Shown: piece after piece, positions 8,559-18,107 of the stretch
Numbering within the stretch: the first letter of the stretch is position 1
Layout: every line of letters starts with the position of its first letter
Origin: Candidatus Tayloriibacteriota bacterium
GTDB taxonomy: Bacteria; Patescibacteriota; Minisyncoccia; Phycocordibacterales; PALSA-1337
Direction: 5' to 3'
NCBI GenBank assembly: GCA_943350765.1
Contig: CALRAJ010000001.1
Location: 257,066 to 292,347, forward strand
Length of the DNA: 35,282 nt
Notes under the pieces: generated by a model
What the model was told of the DNA's origin: nothing
The model's database searches: none
The model's input: the letters and a program-made list of their open reading frames with translations, nothing else
Made by a program: the position numbers and the translations under genes

Positions 8559-8927
8559 CTAGGCCTTTGCGACTTCAGCTTGGGCAGGAGTAGCTATCGG
8601 TGTAGCAGTAGTAGCCTCTACTGGCTTTGCAGTCTCAGCTTTTACTATCGCTTTTTTAAGTGGAAGCACATTTTTCTTTTTACCAGCAATAACTTTTTTA
8701 CCTACGAGAAAATTGTGTACTGTATCTGAAATCTGCGCACCTTTTGAAATCCAGTATTTTACCTTTTCAACATCAAATTGTTTTATATCATTATCTCTTC
8801 GGCTATCAAATGAGCCTAGTACCTCGAGCGACTTACCGCTCTTTGGACCATTTTTTGAATCAGTCAGAACAAGCCGAAATGTCGGTTCGTGCTTTCTCCC
8901 CACTCGCTGTAATCTTATTTTTAGCAT
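8559..8927 (-). CDS. rpsP: 30S ribosomal protein S16 with an Ala/Thr/Lys-rich C-terminal extension
   Basis: MLKIRLQRVGRKHEPTFRLVLTDS is the canonical S16 N-terminus. Confidence 0.93.
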   Translation of the reverse strand: MLKIRLQRVGRKHEPTFRLVLTDSKNGPKSGKSLEVLGSFDSRRDNDIKQFDVEKVKYWISKGAQISDTVHNFLVGKKVIAGKKKNVLPLKKAIVKAETAKPVEATTATPIATPAQAEVAKA

Positions 8928-9029
8928 GGATACTATCCTATCAGAAGAGGGTCATAAGGTCAAATATTATATTCGAACCTCTATACTTAACGAAAGTTGC
9001 CTTTAGCTATCTTTTTAAATAACTGACAG

Positions 9030-10319
9030 CTAAAAACTCCTACGATTCTGCAACACCCAATCTTCTGATATCCATTCGTTTCTGAGTTCACCAGCTAAAA
9101 AGAATGAGCCTGTAACCAAGATAAAATCATTTTCGTGTGCATTTTTTTTAATTGATTCGAGTGCATAGTGTGGATTTTCTATAATTTCGAGGGTTGTCTT
9201 ACTTCGTTTATTTTTCTGATATTTTCGAGCGATGGACATGAGTAATGTCGGAGAAACAGAGCTTCTGTCCCCCTTCTTTACTTGAGTAAAAACAATATGA
9301 GTAGAATACGGTAATGATAAAAGAGGTTCAAGAATAGCTCGGTTGTCTTTTTTGGTATCAGATATTGTTGCGATAATATACAATTTCTTAAATGTACAAT
9401 TCTGAAGGTTGTGGATGGTACTCCGTATCTTTGCTCTGTTGTGTGCCCCGTCGAGGACAATAACGGGGTTCTTTTGCATTATCTCAAAACGACATGGTAG
9501 CTGGGTGTTGTGTATACCTTTGTCAATGTATTCATCGGTAATTCCAAGTGATCGTGCAATAGTTTTTACCAATTCTTGATTGTACTCAAAATAATTCCTT
9601 TGATGTTTGATAGCAAAAAACTTCGCACCGACATCACGACAAGTTTTTTGAAATAATCTCTGAAGAGAAGGTCGTTGTTCAGAGGTAAAGAAAGAGCTTT
9701 CTGGTTTTATAATACCCATTTTGTCTGTGGCAATTTCTCTCAGAGTTTTACCCAAGAAATCTGTATGGTCATAATCAATGTTTGTAATAGCAGTAACCAC
9801 CGGACGAGAAATTATATTCGTTGCATCATATCTACCACCAAAGCCCACCTCTAGCACTACCCACTGGCATTTTTGTTGTCTGAAGTATATAAGAGCAATA
9901 GTAAAAAACAACTCAAAAGACGAAGGTCCTCCATACGGTCCAGTATGTGCTGTTGCTATAAAGGGCTTGAGGTATTCGACGATAGCAACAAACTCTTCAG
10001 GAGAAATATACATACCCCCTATCCTTATTTTCTCAATAGATGTCGTAACATATGGTGAGGTAAAAAGGCCGGTCTTTTTACCTGATGCGGTTAAAATTTC
10101 CTGAATTGTTGTGGAAACAGTTCCCTTGCCTGCAGTTCCAGTAACATGAATATAGTAAAAGTCCTTTTCTGGGTTTCCAAGTAAGTCCAGAAAATACTGA
10201 GTTCTCTTAATAAAGAAGTTCAAATCTTTCTTATCTTTTCCTATATTTTTCCGAATAGAACTATTAGAGAAACTCTCAACATACTCAACGGCCACACGAT
10301 ACTTCACTAAGATACTCAT
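9030..10319 (-). CDS. folC: Mur-ligase family protein, folylpolyglutamate synthase/dihydrofolate synthase-like
   Basis: P-loop HVTGTAGKGTVST, DYDHTDFLG, VLDGAHN. About 430 aa, typical of FolC-type ligases. Confidence 0.75.
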   Translation of the reverse strand: MSILVKYRVAVEYVESFSNSSIRKNIGKDKKDLNFFIKRTQYFLDLLGNPEKDFYYIHVTGTAGKGTVSTTIQEILTASGKKTGLFTSPYVTTSIEKIRIGGMYISPEEFVAIVEYLKPFIATAHTGPYGGPSSFELFFTIALIYFRQQKCQWVVLEVGFGGRYDATNIISRPVVTAITNIDYDHTDFLGKTLREIATDKMGIIKPESSFFTSEQRPSLQRLFQKTCRDVGAKFFAIKHQRNYFEYNQELVKTIARSLGITDEYIDKGIHNTQLPCRFEIMQKNPVIVLDGAHNRAKIRSTIHNLQNCTFKKLYIIATISDTKKDNRAILEPLLSLPYSTHIVFTQVKKGDRSSVSPTLLMSIARKYQKNKRSKTTLEIIENPHYALESIKKNAHENDFILVTGSFFLAGELRNEWISEDWVLQNRRSF

Positions 10320-10474
10320 TTATCTTTTTTAGCAGACACACCTACCATTTTTAAACAACATTGTTTCACCTTTCTTAGAGAACCACAGAAGCACGGCTCA
10401 TCCGCGCGACAACAGTTTGCGGCGATTTTTTTTGACCCACACGCACATTCATTATCTAAACTTTTTTTATCCAT
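10316..10474 (-). CDS. small Cys-rich protein (52 aa) with two SEC-C-like metal-binding motifs
   Basis: Below the ORF-track size cutoff. Hand translation gives MDKKSLDNECACGSKKIAANCCRADEPCFCGSLRKVKQCCLKMVGVSAKKDK. It has two CxCGSx(5-6)CC motifs. Its TGA stop overlaps the folC ATG as ATGA. GGAAGCGATT lies before the ATG. Confidence 0.5.
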   Translation of the reverse strand: MDKKSLDNECACGSKKIAANCCRADEPCFCGSLRKVKQCCLKMVGVSAKKDK

Positions 10475-10658
10475 AATCGCTTCCATATATTTTATTCTTA
10501 AATAAATCTTAATAAAAAAAACAAAGGGTGCTCGGGCATATCAACCTATGTGAAAGATGACCATGTTCGTATATATTTTGTAATAATCATGGTAGTGCTA
10601 GTAAAATTATTGATACTCTTATATTAGTCTAAATCTGACTCTTTGTCTAGCATAAAAA

Positions 10659-12656
10659 ATGCTTTTTCGATCTTTTTATGTTACAATAGGCATTATATTT
10701 ATGAAAACTCAATCAGAAGAAAAGAACCCAGCAATAATCACTGGCATTATTAGTACCATTAGCAAAGGAATAGGTTTTATCGAAAATCCAGCCGATCCAG
10801 ATGGTGAGGATATTATCATTGAACAAGGCTTTCTAAACACCGCACTCAACAAAGACGAGGTGGAAATTACTCTCAATCCAGCCAAAAATGGTGAACGCCA
10901 GACAGGCAAAGTCACTAAAATAATCAAAAGAAACAAAACCTCCTTTGTCGGGGTCATCGAGCTAGATCGCGGTGTGGGCTTTCTCATTCCAGACGACCGC
11001 AAAATGTATATCGAGATCATGCTCCCTGCCGAGGAAATCGCAGGTATCGAAAACGGCACCAAAGCCCAAGTAGAGCTAGTCTCATGGGAAGACCCAAAGA
11101 AAAACCCTCGCGGAAAAATCACCAAAGTACTCGGTAAAAAAGGTGACAACAATGTCGAAATGGCTTCTATTGTCCTCGAAAAAGGCTTTGATACCACTTA
11201 CCCAGACGCTGTCATAGCCGAAGCCGAAAAGATCGGCAAAGAGCAAAAAGTCATCACCCGCGAGGAGATCGCAAAGCGTCGCGACTTTAGAGATACCCTC
11301 ACCATGACCATCGACCCTGTAGATGCCAAGGACTTTGACGACGCTATTTCATTTAAAATGTTACCTAACGAGCTGTATGAGATAGGTGTCCATATTGCCG
11401 ATGTGTCGCACTATGTTACCGAGGGTTCAGCTCTCGACAAAGAAGCCTTTCACCGCTGTTTTTCTGTCTACCTCGTCGACCGCACTATCCCCATGCTTCC
11501 AGAAGTGCTTTCCAACGATGTCTGTAGCCTCAATCCAAACGAAGAAAAGCTCACCTTCTCTGCCGTTTTTATTATGGATATCGACGGTCAAGTAAAAGAG
11601 CGTTCATTCAGTAAAACCATCATCAAATCCGCCAAGCGTTTCAGCTACGAGGAGGCACAGGGCGTGCTTGATGCAAAATCTGGCAAATATTGGGACGAGC
11701 TTTCAATATTAAATACTATTGCCAAAAAACTCCAAGTAGAAAAGTTTAAAAATGGTGCCATAGAGTTTGACCAGGACGAAATAAAGTTTATACTCGACGA
11801 AAACGGCAAGCCGACAGGGGTATACAAAAAGCCACGCCTCGAGACCCACAAGCTCGTCGAGGAATACATGCTTTTGGCAAACCGCGAAGTCAGCAAGTTT
11901 ATCCACGAATCAATCAAAAGTAAAAAATGGAAGGAGCTTGGCTCACTGTATCGCATACATGATGTTCCAAAGCCAGAAAAGGTTGCAGATCTAGTAATCT
12001 TCCTCAAGGCCATGGGGTATATTTTACCTATTACAAATCACACACTCAATCAAAAAGACATAAATATTTTACTTAAACAAGCAGAGGGTACAGCTGAGGA
12101 GTCACTGATAAAGACCACGACCATACGCTCGATGGCAAAGGCTATCTATTCCACTAAAAATATCGGGCATTTTGGACTTGCCTTTGACTACTACACGCAC
12201 TTTACCTCGCCTATCCGAAGATACGCCGACCTTATTATTCATCGTATCCTCTTCAACCATCTCCGCGACAAAAATATCAGCGATGCCGAAGTTATACATT
12301 ATGAAAAGATTGCCCGCCAGTCATCCGAGCGAGAAATCTCTGCCTCCGAAGCTGAACGAGCGTCAAAAAAGTACAAGCAAGTAGAGTATATGCAAAGTCA
12401 TGTGGGGGAAAGCTTTGAGGGTACTATTTCTGGAGTTACCGAATGGGGTATATATGTAGAAGAAGTAAATACCAAATGTGAGGGTATGATAAAGATTCGC
12501 GACCTCGGCGACGACTTCTACACCCTCGACGAAAAGAACTACGCCATAGTCGGCGAAAAGTCCAAAAAGCGTTTCCAGCTCGGCGAAACCATCAAGTTTA
12601 AAGTCGTTTCTGCTGACCTTGACCGCAAAACCCTTGACTACTCACTGGTGAAGTAA
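10659..12656 (+). CDS. rnr: ribonuclease R (RNB family 3'-5' exoribonuclease with C-terminal S1 domain)
   Basis: DPVDAKDFDDAIS and HFGLAFDYYTHFTSPIRRYADLIIHR are RNB catalytic motifs. S1-like C-terminus. The start may instead be the ATG at 10701 (MKTQSEEK). Confidence 0.9.
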   Translation: MLFRSFYVTIGIIFMKTQSEEKNPAIITGIISTISKGIGFIENPADPDGEDIIIEQGFLNTALNKDEVEITLNPAKNGERQTGKVTKIIKRNKTSFVGVIELDRGVGFLIPDDRKMYIEIMLPAEEIAGIENGTKAQVELVSWEDPKKNPRGKITKVLGKKGDNNVEMASIVLEKGFDTTYPDAVIAEAEKIGKEQKVITREEIAKRRDFRDTLTMTIDPVDAKDFDDAISFKMLPNELYEIGVHIADVSHYVTEGSALDKEAFHRCFSVYLVDRTIPMLPEVLSNDVCSLNPNEEKLTFSAVFIMDIDGQVKERSFSKTIIKSAKRFSYEEAQGVLDAKSGKYWDELSILNTIAKKLQVEKFKNGAIEFDQDEIKFILDENGKPTGVYKKPRLETHKLVEEYMLLANREVSKFIHESIKSKKWKELGSLYRIHDVPKPEKVADLVIFLKAMGYILPITNHTLNQKDINILLKQAEGTAEESLIKTTTIRSMAKAIYSTKNIGHFGLAFDYYTHFTSPIRRYADLIIHRILFNHLRDKNISDAEVIHYEKIARQSSEREISASEAERASKKYKQVEYMQSHVGESFEGTISGVTEWGIYVEEVNTKCEGMIKIRDLGDDFYTLDEKNYAIVGEKSKKRFQLGETIKFKVVSADLDRKTLDYSLVK

Positions 12657-12677
12657 TTACTCAAAAAAATCTATTTA

Positions 12678-12715
12678 ATTTGAACGGCTCAACAGGACTG
12701 TTGAGCCGTTCAAAT
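12678..12715. repeat. 18-bp perfect hairpin, the minimal copy of the TTTGAACGGCTCAAC terminal-repeat family
   Basis: ATTTGAACGGCTCAACAG-GA-CTGTTGAGCCGTTCAAAT. The same arms flank a roughly 60-bp insert at 18908-19006. Confidence 0.7.
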
Positions 12716-12753
12716 GGCTATACAGAGCCATTACATAACTTTGATTAAAATGG

Positions 12754-12792
12754 AATTCCCCCGATTTTCTACTGAAAATCGGGGGAATTTTT
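12754..12792 (+). terminator. rho-independent terminator downstream of rnr
   Basis: AATTCCCCCGATTTTC-TACT-GAAAATCGGGGGAATT forms a 16-bp stem running into a T-run. Confidence 0.8.
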
Positions 12793-12879
12793 GCATTTTA
12801 AATACTGTTTCTGAATTCTACCACCCTTACTTCTTTCACAAATTAAGCAAAAAATGTACCTAACACAAAAAGTTAAATA

Positions 12880-12908
12880 TAAAAAACACCGCCCTCGCTT
12901 GGTCGGTG
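12880..12908 (-). terminator. rho-independent terminator for the smc-grpB-zinc-ribbon gene string
   Basis: Minus-strand hairpin CACCG..CGGTG (12908-12887) followed by TTTTTT. Confidence 0.55.
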
Positions 12909-12924
12909 ATATCGCTCTCTAAAA

Positions 12925-13257
12925 TCAGTACTGTGGAGGATCTGGATCTGGAAATTTCCTTTCAAAAGCCTTTGCTGCGGACTTGAGATGTAGATCACGA
13001 TCAAGCTTCCACCTTGCCTTTGCCATTGCTTTTGACTCGGCTATAGACTGGCTTTTGCGTGCCTCTTCAGCTGTCCTGAAACCACCCTCTAAAATCCTTT
13101 TTTTGAGAGCGTCATCTGTAATACTCAATGTTCCAATAACAAGTGCCTTTCGTGCTAACGCACAGATATCCTCAATCTCAATACTCCGACACCCATCACA
13201 CCAGTTTGCACCTACGACATTTTTTTGACAGTAAATACATCTGTTTATTTTTGCCAT
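12925..13257 (-). CDS. hypothetical protein with an N-terminal CxxC...CxxC zinc ribbon (110 aa)
   Basis: The start is taken at ATG 13257 (MAKINRCIYCQKNVVGANWCDGC), which has SD GAAAGGAAAG upstream. The longer ORF-track start would overlap the upstream gene. Confidence 0.55.
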   Translation of the reverse strand: MAKINRCIYCQKNVVGANWCDGCRSIEIEDICALARKALVIGTLSITDDALKKRILEGGFRTAEEARKSQSIAESKAMAKARWKLDRDLHLKSAAKAFERKFPDPDPPQY

Positions 13258-13324
13258 ATCAACTTTCCTTTCTATAACTAGACTATCATAGGAATACGAT
13301 ATTGGCAAAAAAAGTGTGAACAAG

Positions 13325-13852
13325 TTACCTAAATCCACCGTATTTTAAAATACTGTTAATAAATTCTATTTTTCTTCTATAGTATTTTCTTGTACTTAAA
13401 CCATCACCACTTTCTTTAAGCTTTTTGTATGCGTCCAACGCTTCTGGATTATTTCGCAAATATTCCTCAAACTTAATACCATCCAACCAACTTTTTGATT
13501 TATTATTGATAACAAAAACTTCAACTTTCGTATTATCTACTGATGTCACGAACCTTGCCCGTTCTAATAGATAAAAGCTTTTTGGTTTTCCAAAAAGCTT
13601 TTCGACCAGAATTGTAACTGAATTAAAATCATGCTCCGATACTGGAATATATACATCTAACTCTCCTTGACCTGAAATACCTAAAGCTGTTGCACCCCTA
13701 TGTACCACCTCAATATTTTCACCCAATCCTGATTGTATTTGTTTTTTAATTTTCTCAAATATTTCTCTCGAGCAAGGATCAAACAGATATATTTTAACAT
13801 GGTCATCATCACTCAGATGCTCGAGCCATTTTTCTTGTTCTGGAGTAATCAT
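13325..13852 (-). CDS. GrpB/UPF0157-like nucleotidyltransferase-fold protein
   Basis: The HRGATALGISGQGELDVYIPV pattern matches the GrpB-family HxGST..G...IDI motif. About 175 aa. Confidence 0.6.
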   Translation of the reverse strand: MITPEQEKWLEHLSDDDHVKIYLFDPCSREIFEKIKKQIQSGLGENIEVVHRGATALGISGQGELDVYIPVSEHDFNSVTILVEKLFGKPKSFYLLERARFVTSVDNTKVEVFVINNKSKSWLDGIKFEEYLRNNPEALDAYKKLKESGDGLSTRKYYRRKIEFINSILKYGGFR

Positions 13853-13858
13853 TTGATT

Positions 13859-16138
13859 TTATTTAGCCACTGCGACCGCCTCGTCAAATTTAATAGAAAG
13901 AAGTTTTGATGCACCGTCGCTTCCCATAGTTACTCCATAAAGCACGCCTGCACGAGACATCGTCTCGCGATTGTGGGTGATCAAAATGAGCTGAGAATAT
14001 TTTGAAAGATTGGCAATCATATCGCCATACTTTTTTGAGTTAGCTTCATCGAGGGCGGCATCAGTTTCATCGAGAATAATAAACGGTGGTGGATTGACCT
14101 GTGAGACAGCAAAGAGGAGTGCGATGGAAGTCAGCGCCCGTTCGCCTCCCGAAAGCATGACAAGACCTTTGATCTTTTTCCTAGGCAAAGAAACCACAAT
14201 ATCCACACCCTCATCACCTTCTTCCTCGAGCTCGCCAGAGAGTAATGGATTACCCTCAAGATCAAATTCTGGTCGCTTTTTCTTTTTCTCTCTCACCACT
14301 GCTAAAAATGCCGTACCGCCACCAAACATCAGAGAAAAGTATTCTTGAAATTGCCCATTGATTTTTAAAATCCCCTGCTTAAACTCCGTATCGAGTCGCA
14401 CATCGAGCTCGGCAATCAATCCATGCAATGACTCTGCAGACTTTTGCAAATCCAAGAGCTCCCGCGCCAAAAAAGCATCTCTCTCCTCGGCCTCTCTATA
14501 CTCCTTCATCACATCCTCGCTATTGCCTCCACCAGCATCCTCCAGTCTGACTTTCATCTTTTCTATCTGCTTTCGACGATCTTCCTGTACTTGTCGCACC
14601 TCCACATAGACCGCTTCAGTAGAAACAGCTTGCCCAGATACATCGAGCAACTCATATTTTTGAAAATCCATCGTATCTCGACCAGCTAAAACATAAGCCT
14701 CAGAAAGCTCTCGTTTAAAATCTTCCTCGAGCAATACCAGCCGATCTTCCTGACTTTTCAGGATACCGAGCGTGCCATGGAGCTCATTTTGCCGAGCCAT
14801 ACTAATCAAGATATTTTTCTCAGCATCACGGTTCAAATCTTTTTCTCCATCGATAGCTTCTTTGAGTGCGGTATACTCATTTTGTAATTGAGTGAGGGTT
14901 GCAATAGTCTCAGCTACCTTTTCTACCAAAGACTTTTTTGACTCCTCGAGCTTAGCTTTTTCAGCTTCATTTTCGCGTAGCAATACATCATCCCGCACAC
15001 CCCTATTATTTACTACAAAATCTCTTACAAAACTTTTTACTTTATTTAAAATCTCTCTGACCGCCAACAAAGAGTCCTGCTTTTCTCCCACCTCTATTTC
15101 ACTCACAATACGGTCTGCGAGAGACTCCACATCACGCATGTAGATGGTTTTGTTTTCCACACTCGCCTGTTGAGACCGCTCTTTTGCAATCATGCGCTCG
15201 AGACTGGCGATCTGTCCCTCAAGCCTGCCGAGGTCAAGGGTGGCAGAATCTTTTTCGGCTCGAATGTCGGTAATACGAGTTTCTAGAGCAATAATCTCCC
15301 CACTTTTTATATCTCCCACACTTGATTTTGCTAGCTGGGCTTTTGCCACGGCAAGTTCGCGACCGAGCTTCTCGAGCTCAGCTGTCGGACTCTTTCTTTC
15401 ACTCTCTATACGGCTCCGCTCATGTTTTAAATATATTTCTTCCCGCTTAAAATACTCAAGGTAGTGTACCGCGAGCAACTTTTTCATCTCAAATGTTTTC
15501 TCTATTTTCTCCACCTGTTTTTTTAGGAATTTCAGGTGTGGTGCTATCTCCCGCCTTAGAGACTCGACTGATTTTATGTTTTCATCGGTCTTCTCGAGCT
15601 TTTTCTGACTCTCCTGCTTTTTATATTGATAGATTTTGAGACCGAGCGCATCCTCAATCATTTCTCGTCGTTCACGCAGATTGGCGTTGAGAATTTTATC
15701 CGCCTCGCCTTGAGAAATAATATGATGCCCAGAAGCACCAATATGTGCACCTGCGAGAAGCTCGATGATGTCCTTGAGGCGTACCTGTGAGCCGTTGATG
15801 CGGTACTCATTTGAAGAGTCTCGATGTACGACACGCTCGAGAGTCACTTCGTCAAAGTCTACATTTAATACTCGTTTAGTATTATCAAAAACCACTTTTA
15901 CTGATGCCCTGTTTTGCCTACCGAGATCACCTCCTCCATTAAAGATAAGATCCTCACCTCGCTTGCCTCGCAGGGATTTTATAGACTGTTCACCGAGTAC
16001 GAAACGAAAGCCTTCGGCGACATTGGACTTACCTGAGCCGTTGGGACCCACGATACCCGATATAGATGAAGTAAAATCGAGTGTTGATTTTTTAGCAAAC
16101 GATTTAAACCCCGCAATTTCTAGGCTTTTCAGATACAT
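13859..16138 (-). CDS. smc: SMC-family chromosome segregation ATPase, unusually short (759 aa) with no recognisable hinge domain
   Basis: N-terminal MYLKSLEIAGFKSF...GPNGSGKSNV (Walker A). C-terminal LSGGERALTSIAL signature and FIILDETDAALD (Walker B/D-loop). Long heptad-rich middle. Confidence 0.85.
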   Translation of the reverse strand: MYLKSLEIAGFKSFAKKSTLDFTSSISGIVGPNGSGKSNVAEGFRFVLGEQSIKSLRGKRGEDLIFNGGGDLGRQNRASVKVVFDNTKRVLNVDFDEVTLERVVHRDSSNEYRINGSQVRLKDIIELLAGAHIGASGHHIISQGEADKILNANLRERREMIEDALGLKIYQYKKQESQKKLEKTDENIKSVESLRREIAPHLKFLKKQVEKIEKTFEMKKLLAVHYLEYFKREEIYLKHERSRIESERKSPTAELEKLGRELAVAKAQLAKSSVGDIKSGEIIALETRITDIRAEKDSATLDLGRLEGQIASLERMIAKERSQQASVENKTIYMRDVESLADRIVSEIEVGEKQDSLLAVREILNKVKSFVRDFVVNNRGVRDDVLLRENEAEKAKLEESKKSLVEKVAETIATLTQLQNEYTALKEAIDGEKDLNRDAEKNILISMARQNELHGTLGILKSQEDRLVLLEEDFKRELSEAYVLAGRDTMDFQKYELLDVSGQAVSTEAVYVEVRQVQEDRRKQIEKMKVRLEDAGGGNSEDVMKEYREAEERDAFLARELLDLQKSAESLHGLIAELDVRLDTEFKQGILKINGQFQEYFSLMFGGGTAFLAVVREKKKKRPEFDLEGNPLLSGELEEEGDEGVDIVVSLPRKKIKGLVMLSGGERALTSIALLFAVSQVNPPPFIILDETDAALDEANSKKYGDMIANLSKYSQLILITHNRETMSRAGVLYGVTMGSDGASKLLSIKFDEAVAVAK

Positions 16139-16198
16139 GTGAGTAATTGTAGCAAATTATGATTAGAAATGCAGTATTTTTGGTGATATACTACCCAC

Positions 16199-16798
16199 AT
16201 GCTTATCAACAAAGGCTTCTCTCCAAAACGCGAACAGGGTGACAAAAGTCGCATTCCGCCGGGACAATACAAAACCGACGACTTCCCTGTTTTATCTCTC
16301 GGCCCGACCCCACATGTCGATACCAAGGACTGGTCACTTCGCGTCGAAGGTCTAGTAGAAAAACCGCAGAAATGGAACTGGGACGAGTTTGCCAAACTTC
16401 CACACGAGGATGTGGTGCGTGATATTCATTGTGTTACCAAATGGAGCAAGCTCGACTCACGCTGGAGAGGTGTGTCACTGGACTATATTATGAAAGAGGT
16501 CGGGGTAAAGTCTGAGGCCAAATTTTTAATCGCGTATTCAGACGACGGTTATAGCACCAACATCCCTCTCGAGGATATTGTCGGTGGCAAAGCGTGGATA
16601 GCGACCTCATACGACGAAAGCACTATAACCGACGAGCACGGTGGCCCCGCTCGTCTCCTCATTCCCCATCTCTACTTTTGGAAAAGCGCCAAGTGGGTAG
16701 CAAAGCTCGAGTTTGTAGCCAGCGACGCACCCGGCTTCTGGGAAGTCCGTGGCTACCACAACCACGGCGACCCATGGAAGGAGGAGAGGTATTCATAG
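16199..16798 (+). CDS. sulfite-oxidase-fold molybdopterin-binding oxidoreductase (YedY/MsrP-like catalytic domain, cytoplasmic)
   Basis: IHCVTKWSKLDSRWRGVSL, HGGPARLLIPHLYFWKSAKWV and GFWEVRGYHNHGDPWKEERY are typical of the Oxidored_molyb domain. No signal peptide. Confidence 0.8.
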   Translation: MLINKGFSPKREQGDKSRIPPGQYKTDDFPVLSLGPTPHVDTKDWSLRVEGLVEKPQKWNWDEFAKLPHEDVVRDIHCVTKWSKLDSRWRGVSLDYIMKEVGVKSEAKFLIAYSDDGYSTNIPLEDIVGGKAWIATSYDESTITDEHGGPARLLIPHLYFWKSAKWVAKLEFVASDAPGFWEVRGYHNHGDPWKEERYS

Positions 16799-16841
16799 TA
16801 ATCATGCTATAATCTGTTCATCATAATTTAATCAAAAAAAC

Positions 16842-17456
16842 ATGTCATTTCAACAAAACCTATCATGGCGATACGCTACTAAAAAGTTTGATACTAGTAA
16901 AAAAGTATCCTCTAACGACCTTGCAAAAATTAAGGAAGCCATCCGCATGAGTCCCTCTTCTTTTGGACTCCAGCCGTACCACATTATTGAAGTAGCCGAC
17001 CCAGCACTCCGAAAGACTCTCCGTGTCTCTGCGTGGGATCAGGCACAATTTACCGACGCTTCAAACCTTCTTGTATTTTGTGCGCGGACAGATGTACTCG
17101 CTCGCGTCGTAGAGCTTATCGAGCTTTCATCAGGAGGTTCTGCTGAAATAAAAAAAGGGCTTGAAGGATACAAAGCGATGATGGAGGGTGCGGTCAACAG
17201 CAAGGGTGCAGGTCTACTCGATTGGTCTGCTCGCCAAGCATATATTGCCCTAGGTTTTGCCATGGCTTCGTGTGCCGAGCTTTCTGTCGACTCATGTCCG
17301 ATGGAAGGTTTTGATGCAACTGCATTTAAAACAGCACTTTCGCTACCAGAAAATATCACCCCGTTCGTTTGTCTTGCTATTGGCTACCGAGATGCTGGCG
17401 ACACTGTCCGACCAAAAGTACGATTCCCGGAAAGCGACCTCTTTTCAAAGAAATAA
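16842..17456 (+). CDS. NAD(P)H nitroreductase family protein
   Basis: The N-terminus LSWRYATKKFD...IKEAIRMSPSSFGLQPYHIIEV and the size are typical of the NfsB/FRase-type nitroreductase fold. Confidence 0.85.
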   Translation: MSFQQNLSWRYATKKFDTSKKVSSNDLAKIKEAIRMSPSSFGLQPYHIIEVADPALRKTLRVSAWDQAQFTDASNLLVFCARTDVLARVVELIELSSGGSAEIKKGLEGYKAMMEGAVNSKGAGLLDWSARQAYIALGFAMASCAELSVDSCPMEGFDATAFKTALSLPENITPFVCLAIGYRDAGDTVRPKVRFPESDLFSKK

Positions 17457-17476
17457 TCTTTTTAAAAAATACTTTT

Positions 17477-18106
17477 ATGGGTTCTCAGTCATCAGACATC
17501 AATCAATCCATCATTTCTCTGGGACAACTTATCTTGCAATTTGCCCGGACAAATCGCTCTACTTTTCATGAAGATGGTGTGACACCTGAATCTGACACTG
17601 ATCACACGGTCATGCTCGCTATCTTAGCATGTGCCTGTGCAGAGAAATTTGCTCCGGAACTCGACCGTGGCAAAATCGCCCAGTATGCACTTGTCCACGA
17701 CCTTGTAGAAGTCTACGCTCAGGATACTCCGACTCTGCGACCAATGAGCAGTGAAGAGAAGCAGGGTAAAAAAAACCGCGAGAAAAAAGCATTCGATAAA
17801 ATCGAAGCGGGGTTTGGAAAAGTTTTTCCATGGATTACAGATACTGTTCGCGAGTATGATTCAAAAGTTGCTCCCGAGGCAAGATTTGTAAAATTAATTG
17901 ATACAATAGTATGTAAAATCACGAGTATTTTGAACAAAGGTGCGACAGAAAGAAAAATGGGTGTAAACCCTACCGAGTTAGTGTCCATAAATACATACCA
18001 ACGCAAAAAGATTATAGAATACATCAACGAATGGCCAGATCTTATCAATATATGGGATGAGTTGTCAGTAGAAACCGTTCGAGGATTAGAAACTAAACCA
18101 AACTAA
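17477..18106 (+). CDS. HD-domain phosphohydrolase (YfbR-like 5'-nucleotidase type)
   Basis: TDHTVML...YALVHDLVEVYAQDT contains the H...HD...D metal-binding motif. The start is set at ATG 17477. The ORF-track TTG at 17369 would overlap the nitroreductase gene by 88 nt. Confidence 0.7.
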   Translation: MGSQSSDINQSIISLGQLILQFARTNRSTFHEDGVTPESDTDHTVMLAILACACAEKFAPELDRGKIAQYALVHDLVEVYAQDTPTLRPMSSEEKQGKKNREKKAFDKIEAGFGKVFPWITDTVREYDSKVAPEARFVKLIDTIVCKITSILNKGATERKMGVNPTELVSINTYQRKKIIEYINEWPDLINIWDELSVETVRGLETKPN

Positions 18107-18107
18107 C

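Noticed and set aside
14010-16142. Many 80-125-aa plus-strand ORFs opposite smc. Similar shadow ORFs occur inside rpoB (257-2011), clpB (33684-34818), topA (24003-25200), parB and rnr.
   Set aside because: They are Ser/Arg/low-complexity translations lying antisense to, or out of frame with, strongly supported conserved genes. They have no RBS, so they are shadow ORFs.
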